Shown piece after piece: positions 27,916 through 36,935 of a stretch of DNA of 58,619 nt. Made by a program: the position numbers and the translations under genes. The notes beneath the pieces are model-generated. The model was not told the origin of the DNA and ran no database searches. It saw only the letters and a program-made list of their open reading frames with translations. The DNA is from Candidatus Deferrimicrobium sp. Its GTDB lineage: Bacteria; Desulfobacterota; Deferrimicrobia; Deferrimicrobiales; Deferrimicrobiaceae. Positions within the stretch are counted from its first letter, which is position 1. Each line of letters opens with the position of its first letter. The DNA lies in contig NZ_DASWKA010000066.1 in the NCBI RefSeq assembly GCF_036396855.1, positions 1-58,619 of the forward strand. The letters run 5' to 3'.

Positions 27916-29124
27916 ATGACGAAGGCCTTTTTCGACCATATATCGACCACTCCCCTCGACCCCGGCGTCTTCGAGGCGATGCGTCCGTACTTCCTCGATC
28001 GGTACGGAAATCCGTCCTCTCACATCCACGACCAGGGGCAGGCGGCGCTGCGGGCGGTCGATCAGGCGAGGGGCGAGGTCGCGGCGCTGATCGGGGCGAA
28101 GGCGGGAGAGATCGTCTTCACCTCGGGAGCCACCGAGTCGAACAACCTTGCCGTCCTCGGCGGGGCGGAGGGCGCCGGCGCCGGGAAGCGGCACATCGTC
28201 GTGTCGGATGTCGAGCACTTCTCCGTGATGAACGCATTGATCCCGCTTCGCAACGCGGGGTACGAGGTGACCCTCCTTCCCGTGGACCGGAACGGCGTGG
28301 TCGACCCCGACGCCGTCCGGAAGGCGCTTCGGGCCGACACGGCGCTCCTCTCGGTGATGCACGCCAACTCCGAGATCGGCACGATCGAGCCCGTCGGGCC
28401 GATCGGCCGGATCGCGAAGGAGGCGGGAGTCACGTTCCACGTCGACGCCACCGCCTCCGCGGGGCACATCCCCCTGGACGTTCGGGAGATCCCCGCGGAT
28501 CTCGTCACCCTCTCGGCGCACAATTTCTACGGACCGAAAGGGGCCGGGGCATTGTTCCTCCGCGAGGGGACGAAGGTGGCGCCGCGGACGTTCGGCGGGT
28601 TCCAGGAGATGGGGTACCGGGCCGGGACCGAAAATGTCCCCGCCGTGGTGGGGATGGGCGCGGCGGCGATCCTCGCGCGTCGGGAGATGGGGGCGTGGGC
28701 CGAGCAACTCTCCCGCCTGGGGAAGACCCTGTGGGACGGCCTGGCCGCGATTCCGATGCTCCACTACACCGGGCACCCTACGGAGCGTCTACCCGGGCAC
28801 GTCTCCTTCTGGGTGGAGCATGTCGAAGGGGAATCGCTTCTCCTGTTCCTCAACATGAAGGGGATCATGGCCGCGTCCGGATCCGCGTGCAGTTCCAACC
28901 TGCGGGGGGACGACGAGGAGGATCTCGTGGCCTCCCCCGTCCTCCGGGCGATCGGAGTGCCGAGCGACATCTGCACAGGATCGATCACCTTCAGTCTCGG
29001 GAAGGGGAACACCGCGGACGAGGCCCGCTTGGCCCTCGACGCGATGCCCGGCATCGTGGATCGGCTCAGGGCGATGTCCCCGACGTATCTCGACTACCAG
29101 AAGCAGCAAATCGAAGGAGGATGA
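27916..29124 (+). CDS. nifS: Cysteine desulfurase (NifS/IscS class)
   Basis: 402 aa. FTSGATESNN, a PLP-lysine region (..HNFYGPKG..) and the active-site loop SGSACSS. Confidence 0.93.
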   Translation: MTKAFFDHISTTPLDPGVFEAMRPYFLDRYGNPSSHIHDQGQAALRAVDQARGEVAALIGAKAGEIVFTSGATESNNLAVLGGAEGAGAGKRHIVVSDVEHFSVMNALIPLRNAGYEVTLLPVDRNGVVDPDAVRKALRADTALLSVMHANSEIGTIEPVGPIGRIAKEAGVTFHVDATASAGHIPLDVREIPADLVTLSAHNFYGPKGAGALFLREGTKVAPRTFGGFQEMGYRAGTENVPAVVGMGAAAILARREMGAWAEQLSRLGKTLWDGLAAIPMLHYTGHPTERLPGHVSFWVEHVEGESLLLFLNMKGIMAASGSACSSNLRGDDEEDLVASPVLRAIGVPSDICTGSITFSLGKGNTADEARLALDAMPGIVDRLRAMSPTYLDYQKQQIEGG

Positions 29125-29131
29125 CCGGATC

Positions 29132-29515
29132 ATGGCGGCGGGCCCCTACAGCGAAAAGGTGATGGACCACTTCATGAACCCCCGGAACGTGGGGGAGATC
29201 GAGAGCGCCGACGGCGTCGGCGAGGTCGGCAATCCCGCCTGCGGCGACATGATGCGTCTCTACCTCAAGATCGACGCGGGGAAGGTCGTCGACGCGAAGT
29301 TCCGGACGTTCGGGTGCGGTGCGGCGATCGCCTCCAGCTCGATGCTGACGGAGATGATCAAGGGGAAGACCGTGGACGAGGCCCGCGCGATCACGAACCA
29401 GCACGTAGCGGACGCTCTCGACGGGCTGCCGGCCGTAAAGATCCACTGCTCCGTGATGGCGGAACAGGCGGTGAAATCCGCCCTCGACGATTACGTCAAG
29501 AAGCACGACGGCTGA
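29132..29515 (+). CDS. iscU: Fe-S cluster scaffold IscU/NifU N-terminal type
   Basis: 127 aa. NPACGDMM, FGCGAAIASSS and IHCSVMA conserved cysteine motifs. Confidence 0.93.
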   Translation: MAAGPYSEKVMDHFMNPRNVGEIESADGVGEVGNPACGDMMRLYLKIDAGKVVDAKFRTFGCGAAIASSSMLTEMIKGKTVDEARAITNQHVADALDGLPAVKIHCSVMAEQAVKSALDDYVKKHDG

Positions 29516-29526
29516 AAGGGGGAACG

Positions 29527-30003
29527 ATGCTGGATCTGAACGAAACCGAGATTTTGCGGGTCGCCCTCGCGCACGAGGAGCGTGCCCGCTCGTTCTATGA
29601 CCGGTTGGCGGACCGGCACGGCGACTCCACGGCGGGGGACCTCTTCGCCTTCCTCTCCCGGGAGGAGGAGGGGCACATCCGCCGGCTCACGTCGCGGTAC
29701 GGGATCCAGGAGTTCGAGAAGACGTGGGAGGAGAAATCCCTCCCCTACCTCATCGACCTCGATCGCCTCGCGTGGGAAGAGGGCGTCGGGACGCAGTACA
29801 TGACGGGACCCGAGGCGGTGCGCCGGGGCCTGGGGATCGCCCGAAAGGCCGAATCCCACGCGATCGCCTTTTACGCCGAGGCGGGAAAGACCGTCGAGGA
29901 CAAGAAGACGAATGCGCTCCTCGCCGAACTGGAAGAGGAAGAGCGGAACCACCTCGCGAAGATCGAGGGATATCTCGCGGATCTTCCGCCTGCCCCTCGC
30001 TGA
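29527..30003 (+). CDS. Ferritin/rubrerythrin-like four-helix-bundle protein
   Basis: 158 aa with two E...ExxH half-sites (ALAHEERA...LSREEEGHIRRL; ARKAESHA...LEEEERNHLAKI). Confidence 0.65.
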   Translation: MLDLNETEILRVALAHEERARSFYDRLADRHGDSTAGDLFAFLSREEEGHIRRLTSRYGIQEFEKTWEEKSLPYLIDLDRLAWEEGVGTQYMTGPEAVRRGLGIARKAESHAIAFYAEAGKTVEDKKTNALLAELEEEERNHLAKIEGYLADLPPAPR

Positions 30004-30056
30004 GACGCAGGGCGCCGCACGACGCCCGTTCGACACTTTTTCAGGGAGGAAACCGA

Positions 30057-30254
30057 ATGCCTGTCAACCCGTTGGATGTGATCCGGATGGCCCTGGACCG
30101 CGAGAAGAGCGCGTACCGGAACTACACGGAGTATGCGCGGATCGCCACGCAGCCGGAGATCCGGGAGTTGTTCCGGTATCTCGCGGAAGAGGAGAAGAAG
30201 CACGTGAAGCTCCTCTCCGAGGAGATCGAGAAGGAAACGCACCAGGAGATGTAG
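30057..30254 (+). CDS. Small ferritin/rubrerythrin-like half-domain protein
   Basis: 65 aa with a GGGAGGA RBS. ALDREKSAYRNY ... LAEEEKKHVKLL. Same pattern as 27696-27893. Confidence 0.65.
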   Translation: MPVNPLDVIRMALDREKSAYRNYTEYARIATQPEIRELFRYLAEEEKKHVKLLSEEIEKETHQEM

Positions 30255-30285
30255 CCGGACGCGGCGGGACCACCGGGAGGCGTCG

Positions 30286-31749
30286 GTGGGACTATCCCTG
30301 TACGACAGCGCATCCCGGGGGATCCTCCCCTTCGATCCCGTCGATCCGGCGCGGGTCCGCATCTATACATGCGGCCCCACCGTCTACCGGAACGCGCATA
30401 TCGGGAACCTTCGGACGTACCTGCTGACCGACCTTCTCATCCGCACCCTGCGAAGCCGGGGGTACGGCACGTTCGCCGTCCAGAACATCACGGACATGGG
30501 ACACATGCACCAGGAGCGATTGGAGGCGGGCGAGGACAAGGTGGTCGCCGCCGCCCGCGCGGCCGGCAAATCGGCGAGGGAGATCGCGGGGTTCTACACG
30601 GAGGTGTTCTTCCGCGACTGCGGCCGCATGGCGTTCCTCCCGGCCGATGTCTACCCGAGGGCCTCGGAGCACGTTCCGGAGATGATCGCGCTCGTTTCCG
30701 CGCTCGTGGACCGGGGTGCGGTCTACGGGGATGGAGGATATCTCTACTTCGACGTGACGAAGGCCCCGGGGTACGGTCTCTTTTCCGGTACCGCCCTGGG
30801 GGAGGGAGAGGTCGCGGAACGGACGGACGAGAGGATCCACCGGCACAAAAAGCGTCCGGAGGATTTCACCCTCTGGCTGCCCGCCGAACCCGGGAGGGAG
30901 TTTCAATGGGAGAGCCGCTGGGGCCGGGGGTGGCCGGGGTGGCACATCGAGTGCGCCGCGATGTCGATCAAGTACCTCGGTCCCGAGTTCGACGTCCACG
31001 TCGGTGGTGTCGATCTCCGCTTTCCGCACCACGAAAATTCCCGGGCGGTGGCGATGGCCGCCACGGGGAAACGGTTCGCCGCGGTATGGATGCACGCCGC
31101 CCACCTGCTGGTCGACGGAAGGAAGATGTCCAAGTCCGCCGGGAACGAATACACGCTCGATGATCTCTGCGCCCGTCCCCGGCCCGGCGGGGAAGCGTAC
31201 TCCCCGGACGATTTCCGCTACTACTGCCTCACACTCCACTACTCCTCGCCGATGAACTTCACCTGGAACGGACAGGAGGCTGCCGCCCGCGCGCGCAACC
31301 GCCTGCAGGCCGCTTTCCGCCGCGCTGCGCTGCGCGGAACGTCCGGCGGAACCGCCGTTGCCGCGCTGCGCGCGGAGTTCCTCAACGCGATCTCGGAGGA
31401 CCTGAACATGCCGCGCGCCCTCGCCGTGGTCCACAAGGCGGTCCGGTCGGGGATCGGGGGCGACGCGGCGCGGTCGCTCGCGGAGGAATGGGATCGTGTC
31501 CTCGCGGTCGGGCTGCTCTCCGAAGCGAATGGCGATCGCGAAGCGGTCGGCAGCCGCGAAGGAGAGCCGGAAGGGATCCCCGACGCCGTCTCGGCGATGG
31601 CGCGGGAGCGGGAGAAACGAAGGCGGGCGCGCGATTACACCGAGGCGGACGCACTGCGGGAAAAGATCCGCTCCGCCGGGTACGATGTGGTGGACGCGGT
31701 GGAGGGAGCCGCGTTTCTTCGGAAAATGGAGAAGACCTCGGGGAGGTGA
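30286..31749 (+). CDS. cysS: Cysteine--tRNA ligase
   Basis: Class I signatures HIGN and KMSKS. Zn/Cys-binding context CGPT, WHIEC, PHHEN. DALR-like C-terminus. Non-ATG start at 30286. Confidence 0.85.
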   Translation: MGLSLYDSASRGILPFDPVDPARVRIYTCGPTVYRNAHIGNLRTYLLTDLLIRTLRSRGYGTFAVQNITDMGHMHQERLEAGEDKVVAAARAAGKSAREIAGFYTEVFFRDCGRMAFLPADVYPRASEHVPEMIALVSALVDRGAVYGDGGYLYFDVTKAPGYGLFSGTALGEGEVAERTDERIHRHKKRPEDFTLWLPAEPGREFQWESRWGRGWPGWHIECAAMSIKYLGPEFDVHVGGVDLRFPHHENSRAVAMAATGKRFAAVWMHAAHLLVDGRKMSKSAGNEYTLDDLCARPRPGGEAYSPDDFRYYCLTLHYSSPMNFTWNGQEAAARARNRLQAAFRRAALRGTSGGTAVAALRAEFLNAISEDLNMPRALAVVHKAVRSGIGGDAARSLAEEWDRVLAVGLLSEANGDREAVGSREGEPEGIPDAVSAMAREREKRRRARDYTEADALREKIRSAGYDVVDAVEGAAFLRKMEKTSGR

Positions 31750-31754
31750 CGCCG

Positions 31755-32732
31755 ATGGGGCAGGTTCGGACCGTGGACGACCTGATGGCGGTGGGGCACG
31801 GCTACCAGCGCGCGATGATCCTGTTCGCCGCGCTGAAGCTCGGTGTGTTCCGGGGCCTTGCGTCCGGGGAATGCGACGCGTTCGCGCTGGCGCGCCGGGT
31901 CGGAGCCGATCCCGGGAAGCTCTCCATCCTCCTCGACGCTCTCGCGGTCCTGGGGCTGGTCGGGAAAAAGGGGAAAAGATACCGGAACGCGCAGGTGGCG
32001 CGGGAACTTCTGCTCCCGGGGCCGCGTTCGATGGAGTCCATCCTCCTGCACCACCTCGACGGGTGGGGGGAATGGGGACGCCTTTTCGCCACGGTCCGGG
32101 CGGGGCGAGCGAAGATCCCCGGCGCGGACGGCGGGTACCAGGAGAACTTCATCCGGGGAATGGAGGAGAACGCCCGCAAGCGGGCAGCGGCCGTGGCCCG
32201 GAAGATTCCTCTCCGCGGCGGGAATCGCGTCCTCGACCTCGGGGGCGGGCCGGGGACCTATGCCGTCGCATGGGCGGAGGCGTATCCCCGCGCGGACATC
32301 GCCGTCTTCGACACGCCGGGAACGCTGCGGGTCACCCGGAAGATCCTTCGGGAAAAGGGGGTGGAGGCACGGATTCGGCTGATGGAGGGGGATTTCCTCA
32401 AGGACCCCCTCGGGGGACCGTACGATTTCATCTGGATCTCCCAGATCCTGCACGCCTTCCCCGAAACCGACTGCCGTAAGTTGCTGCGTAAGGCACGAGC
32501 CGCCCTGGCCCCGGGGGGGCGGGCGGCCGTTCAGGAATTCCTGCTCGCGGAAGGGAAGACGTCCCCGCCGGGGCCGGCCTTCTTCTCCGTCCACATGGTT
32601 GCGGTGACCGGGGGCGGGCGGGCGTACACGGCGAAGGAGATCGCCGGAATGATGCGGTCGGCGGGGTTCCGCAGGATCGCCGCCGACCCGCCGGACCCGC
32701 TGGGAGTCGGAATCGTAAGGGGGGCCGTGTGA
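31755..32732 (+). CDS. SAM-dependent O-methyltransferase (class I, with N-terminal dimerisation domain)
   Basis: 325 aa. VLDLGGGPGTYA SAM motif, with overall plant/bacterial OMT-like layout. Confidence 0.75.
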   Translation: MGQVRTVDDLMAVGHGYQRAMILFAALKLGVFRGLASGECDAFALARRVGADPGKLSILLDALAVLGLVGKKGKRYRNAQVARELLLPGPRSMESILLHHLDGWGEWGRLFATVRAGRAKIPGADGGYQENFIRGMEENARKRAAAVARKIPLRGGNRVLDLGGGPGTYAVAWAEAYPRADIAVFDTPGTLRVTRKILREKGVEARIRLMEGDFLKDPLGGPYDFIWISQILHAFPETDCRKLLRKARAALAPGGRAAVQEFLLAEGKTSPPGPAFFSVHMVAVTGGGRAYTAKEIAGMMRSAGFRRIAADPPDPLGVGIVRGAV

Positions 32733-32781
32733 ATCGGCGCATGCCGGGGCGATAACGGTCCCGGAAGGGAACATCCGGCGG

Positions 32782-33786
32782 TCAACGGGAGTCGGGATCG
32801 GGGAACCCCGGACCGGGTGGCCGCACGATGAGGACCGAGCAGGGGGCGTGCGCGATCAGCTTGCACGCCACGTGGCCGAGCGGGGACGCCGCGGTCGAGT
32901 AGTGCCCCTTCGCGCCGAACACCAGCAGATCCGGATCGAACTTCCGGACGGACGCCAGGATCTCCGGGACCTCCTGTCCGAAACGGACCTCCACGGTCAC
33001 GCGGGCAACCTTTGCGTCGAGTCTCTCTTCGCACATTGCCTCCAGGACCTCCGGGGCATCCCCCCATGGCGCGAACATGGCGGAGGCTGTCCTCTCGCAG
33101 GCGCACGCCCGGTCTCCGCCGTCCGGATCCGGAAAGTCCTTCACGGACCGGAAGACCTTCACCAGGTGGATCCAGGATCCCTCCGACAGATCGAGTTCCC
33201 TCAGCCACCGGAGGACCGCCACGGCGTACCGGGGGGAATCGTCCAGGGCCAGCAGGTAACGCCCCGTCCTCTTCGGAGGCGTCTTCGCCAGCAGCACGGA
33301 ACAGCGGGCATGGTTCGCAACGTGGTCCGACACGCTTCCCAGCAGGTATCCCTTGTAGGGGCCCAGTCCCCGCGATCCGACCGCCACCAGATCGACGCGG
33401 CACGCCCTGGCCATCTCCACGATCGTCGCTCCGGGAGATCCGGCGTGCATCCGCGTGGCGACGCTGGAAACGCTCGCCTCCAAGGCGGAGCGCGCCTTGG
33501 TCAACACGTCCTCCGCACGGACTTCCGCCTCGCGACGCAGGGGGACCAGCGCGGCATCGAACGCCTGCTGGGCCGACGAAACGAAGGAAGCGAACGGCGG
33601 CGGCGGCACGTGAACCGCCATCATCACGGTGACGTGGACGGGGAAGCGCCACGGAAGGGCGAGGATCTGCGCCTGCGCGAACCGGGCCGAAGCGGACCCG
33701 TCCGTGGCGAAGAATATATGCGTGGGAGGCCGTACGCCCCCCGCTTCGATCCGCCTAGGCGGCCCGATGCTCGATGTCCTTTCCAT
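32782..33786 (-). CDS. Tandem universal stress protein (2 USP domains)
   Basis: Two UspA-like halves, each ending in ...G(S/A)(R/K)G......G(S/H)V(S/A)..(V/L)..HA.CSVL(L/I). The start overlaps the terC 3' end by 32 nt. Confidence 0.8.
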   Translation of the reverse strand: MERTSSIGPPRRIEAGGVRPPTHIFFATDGSASARFAQAQILALPWRFPVHVTVMMAVHVPPPPFASFVSSAQQAFDAALVPLRREAEVRAEDVLTKARSALEASVSSVATRMHAGSPGATIVEMARACRVDLVAVGSRGLGPYKGYLLGSVSDHVANHARCSVLLAKTPPKRTGRYLLALDDSPRYAVAVLRWLRELDLSEGSWIHLVKVFRSVKDFPDPDGGDRACACERTASAMFAPWGDAPEVLEAMCEERLDAKVARVTVEVRFGQEVPEILASVRKFDPDLLVFGAKGHYSTAASPLGHVACKLIAHAPCSVLIVRPPGPGFPDPDSR

Positions 33787-34765
33787 GGGCGACCGGACCC
33801 TCCGGTCCGCCCGGCAGGACCGCCGACCCGTCGGCGTGCTGTCCCTCCGCGGGATTTTCGGCGGGAGGGAAAACGAGGGACGCCACGATCGAGGCCGCCA
33901 GGATGCCTGCCACGATGCCCAGCGACACCGTGATCGGGACCTTGTAGAGGTCGGAGATCAGCATCTTGACTCCCACGAACGAGAGGACGAAGCAGAGCCC
34001 GACCTTGAGGTACCGGAACATCCCCATGACCCCGGCCAGCAGGAAGAACAGGGAGCGGAGGCCGAGAATGGCGAAGATGTTGGACGTGTACACGATAAAG
34101 GGGTCCTGGGTGATGGCGAGGATGGCGGGCACCGAGTCCACGGCGAACATGACGTCGGTCGTCTCTATGACGATCAGGACCGGAACGAGAGCGGTCCCCA
34201 CCAGGTTCCCGTTCCGCCGCACGAAAAACTTCTGCTGGTCGTAAGTGGTTTCGATCGGCATGAGGCGGGTGAAGAAACGGAGAACCGGGTTTTTCTGCGG
34301 CTCGACCTCCACCTCGCCCGCGCGCAGGAGCTTGACCCCCGTGAAGACCAGGAAGGCCCCGAAGAGGTAGATCGTCCAGTGGAAATACGTCAGCAGGCCC
34401 ACGCCGGCGGCGATGAAGATGCCCCGCAGGACCACGGCCCCCATGATTCCATAGAAGAGCACCCGGTGCAGGTAGGCCGGCGGGACGGCGAAGTAGCGGA
34501 AGATCACGATGAACACGAAGAGGTTGTCGACGCTCAGGGACCACTCGATGACGTAGCCCGTGATGAACTCCATCCCCTTGGCCGATCCCTCCAGGACGAA
34601 TACGGCGGCGCCGAACGCCGCGGCCAGGGAAACCCAGATTCCGCACCACACGGAAGCTTCCGGAAGGAGCATCACATGAGGTTTCCTGTTGAACACGAGG
34701 AGGTCGACGATGAGCGTCCCGAGCACCAGCCCCGCGAAGAGTCCCCACAGCGCCAGGATCTCCAT
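33755..34765 (-). CDS. terC: TerC/Alx-family integral membrane protein
   Basis: 336 aa, polytopic. EWSLSVDNLFVF and FAVDSVPAI motifs are diagnostic of TerC. AAAGGAGGGG RBS. Confidence 0.9.
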   Translation of the reverse strand: MEILALWGLFAGLVLGTLIVDLLVFNRKPHVMLLPEASVWCGIWVSLAAAFGAAVFVLEGSAKGMEFITGYVIEWSLSVDNLFVFIVIFRYFAVPPAYLHRVLFYGIMGAVVLRGIFIAAGVGLLTYFHWTIYLFGAFLVFTGVKLLRAGEVEVEPQKNPVLRFFTRLMPIETTYDQQKFFVRRNGNLVGTALVPVLIVIETTDVMFAVDSVPAILAITQDPFIVYTSNIFAILGLRSLFFLLAGVMGMFRYLKVGLCFVLSFVGVKMLISDLYKVPITVSLGIVAGILAASIVASLVFPPAENPAEGQHADGSAVLPGGPEGPVAHGKDIEHRAA

Positions 34766-34998
34766 GGCCCCTCCTTTATGGAGATGCGAGGCGCAGGCGT
34801 ACGGCCAGGAGAATATTTTTCCCTGAGCCCCGCCAAATTGATGGGAGGAAATCGGAAACTGCCGCTCGACAGAGAAAGTTCACTCCACTCCTCCTTCCGG
34901 AGTCGCCAGTGGAAGAACCCTATTCTCTGGAACAAATATACTCCCGCCGTCCGGTGAAGTCAAATCGACCGGCCGCGCCGAATGCGGCGGTCGGAGGA

Positions 34999-35823
34999 TC
35001 AGGATTCCTCCCCGTCGGGCGCCCCGGTATAGAGCTCGCATCGTATCCTGGTGGCTCCCGCCGAGCGCATCGCGGTTTCCACCAATTCCTGCTTCATTTC
35101 CTTCGTAATCAGGCAGACGCCGCGAAGGACGATGGCCGTTCCGTCATGATGGACGTCCAATGTGCGGATATACATGGAGAAACGGGTGACGATCTCCGCC
35201 TTGACCCGCGACGCCAGTTCCAGCCGGACCAGCTTCTCCCCGGTTTCCGGCGTGAAAAGCGTGTCTTTCGCAGGGATTTCGCCAACGATCAGGGCCACCA
35301 GTTCATCGAAGCCCAAGCGGCCCGAATTCAACGTCATGTCGTAATCGTCAGGGTTTGCCCACTGCCTGTGGTAGGCCTTATATATGTAGGTGGATCTTTC
35401 CTGGTCGCTGCGCTTCAGAATTTTCCGTGCCGCCGCTTCCTCGATTCCGAACCGTTCACAGAGGACCCTTCCCCGATCCTCCACGGAGGCGGTGATACGG
35501 ACCCGCAGGGAGAAAGGGATGTTTCCAAGGAGATAGTTGCCCCCACGGCCCAGGATGACCACGTTGTTTTTCAGGGCGTTCTTATAGATGCAATGTTCCA
35601 CCAGCGCCAGGTAGACGGCATGGGATCGGTCGTACCGTTCCCGGAGGGTGGGAGCGTGCTCGTCCAGCCGCGCGACCCGATCCAGCCACTTCTTCCCGTG
35701 CTCTTCGATATCCTTGTAAATCGAATCCTTGCTGACGAATTCATACCGGAGACTTTTCGCCACGGCCTTTGCGATCTCTTTGGCGCCGGTACCGCTTTTT
35801 CTCGATATCGTCACGATGGCCAT
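34999..35823 (-). CDS. Cytidylate kinase-like family protein with an extra C-terminal domain
   Basis: ATG 35823. IVTISRKSGTGAKEIAK P-loop-like start typical of the cytidylate-kinase-like (AAA_33/Cytidylate_kin2) group. The C-terminal ~90 aa are BON-like (weak). Confidence 0.6.
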   Translation of the reverse strand: MAIVTISRKSGTGAKEIAKAVAKSLRYEFVSKDSIYKDIEEHGKKWLDRVARLDEHAPTLRERYDRSHAVYLALVEHCIYKNALKNNVVILGRGGNYLLGNIPFSLRVRITASVEDRGRVLCERFGIEEAAARKILKRSDQERSTYIYKAYHRQWANPDDYDMTLNSGRLGFDELVALIVGEIPAKDTLFTPETGEKLVRLELASRVKAEIVTRFSMYIRTLDVHHDGTAIVLRGVCLITKEMKQELVETAMRSAGATRIRCELYTGAPDGEES

Positions 35824-35891
35824 GGCTTCTCCTTGTCCAAGAAGCAAGACCGGGGCCTCCCCTGAAAGGAAGCCCCGGTCCGGGTCCTACC

Positions 35892-35904
35892 GTGGTGGGC
35901 GCTA
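35892..35904. repeat. 13-bp direct repeat GTGGTGGGCGCTA (putative distal att site of the tRNA-Val island)
   Basis: Identical to 40249-40261, which is the 3' end of tRNA-Val plus 1 nt. The following bases (..TCGAACCG..) weakly resemble a T-arm. Confidence 0.6.
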
Positions 35905-35979
35905 TCGGAAAGTAGTCGAACCGCCGCCCTCATCCCTTTCGAAGTGAACTTGGTGGCTGGAAGGAGGGACTTCAAGTAC

Positions 35980-36111
35980 ATGAGAATCGCTGACCGAGCC
36001 CGTGAGCTTCATGAACTCGGAATGACTTACAGGGCCATCGCTACGCGGCTTGGCGTGGATCATTTTACGGCGCGTAAAGCAGTTTGTTGGGCAAGAGGAT
36101 CGCGACGGTAA
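35980..36111 (+). CDS. Small helix-turn-helix protein or resolvase-type HTH remnant (43 aa)
   Basis: MRIADRARELHELGMTYRAIATRLGVDHFTARKAV... resembles the C-terminal HTH of resolvases/invertases. Not in the ORF track (<60 aa). Confidence 0.4.
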   Translation: MRIADRARELHELGMTYRAIATRLGVDHFTARKAVCWARGSRR

Positions 36112-36417
36112 ACTTCCGGCGGCAATCGTTCAAGGATTTCAAGGCGGAGCCCGCGTCTGCGTTCCGTGACCTCCCAGATAGGAAGTTTCTTTTTTTTCTG
36201 CCCAGCCACGAGGACGCCTTACCCCTACCGACCGGTGTATTTCGTGGGGCGGATAGACCTGACCTACATCACCGACCCCGCATACGTTCCATCGCCGCTT
36301 CCGGTGGCCTTTCGCCGTCAGTATACTTACATGGAACGAGATGCAACCCGAGATCCACGCACACGTTGAGTGCTGATGCGGAAGGGGGGAATGTCGGAAG
36401 TCCGGCCCCCGGTCGTC

Positions 36418-36835
36418 TTACTGCGGTCCGTAGTCCGGGAACGGGTCTGGGCAGAAATCGTCCAACAGCGGTGGCGACCGTCCGGGTAGTTTCAGCGGGT
36501 CGAAACTCCGGCCGACGTGAGCGAGGATTTTTCGGATGATGCGGATGCCAGTTTAAAAACTCCCCCGCGGTCTGGATGGAGACGGTGGCGGCGGGAAGCG
36601 CGTCCTGACCGGTATCGTCACGGATGAACGCGGACACCGCCTTCCAGGCGCATAAGGCGAGTCGCGCAAGAAGCTCCCGCCGATACCGGAAAGCCGGGCG
36701 CAGGACCTTGGGGAGGGCGAACACCAGGTGCCGGTGAGGGACGGGACGGATCACCTGCTCCCGGGCGAACTCGGCCCACAGGGTGGCGCGCTTGGCGGAA
36801 CAGGAAGGGCAAAAACCGATGTCCCGCGGCTCGTC
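36418..36835 (-). pseudogene. IS91-family (Y2/HUH) transposase remnant, truncated and internally deleted
   Basis: GFCPSCSAKRATLWAEFAREQVIRPVPHRHLVFALPKVLR...SIQTAGEFLNWHPH resembles IS91-type transposases. The frame then shifts to a C-terminal-like IRKILAHVG...DPFPDYGPQ*. A stop lies immediately upstream of the fragment. Confidence 0.65.
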
Positions 36836-36935
36836 TTATCCAGACATCCGAGTATTAGATACCATAGATTGCCGAAGCACCATGCGTAAATGGCACCACA
36901 TTCGCCAACGCCGCCGCACGCCTCGTCCGCGGCCG

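Noticed and set aside
27894-27963. Apparent 1-nt offsets at the nifS 5' end
   Set aside because: By my manual count the G-run after 27893 is one base shorter, and the C-run at ~27957-27963 one base longer, than the ORF-track translations imply. The two offsets cancel, the track translations on both strands are self-consistent, and homopolymer runs are easy to miscount by eye. I treat this as my reading error, not a frameshift.
34766-34998. yybP-ykoY Mn riboswitch identity for the terC leader
   Set aside because: The conserved L1 GGGGAGUAG and L3 UUGACA/CAAGAC elements are not present. Only GGGAGUA-like fragments occur. The leader is kept as a finding for its SD/anti-SD architecture, not as this Rfam family.
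36112-36417. Possible additional transposase or integrase fragment (for example RIDLTYITDPAYVP resembling the DITYI motif of rve integrases)
   Set aside because: The similarity is too short and weak, and every frame is broken by stops. I leave it as unannotated island debris.
36890-36904. Sigma-54-like promoter TGGCACCACATTCGC
   Set aside because: The -24/-12 spacing is right, but it points into the antisense strand of the peroxidase gene with no downstream gene. It is most likely a chance match.
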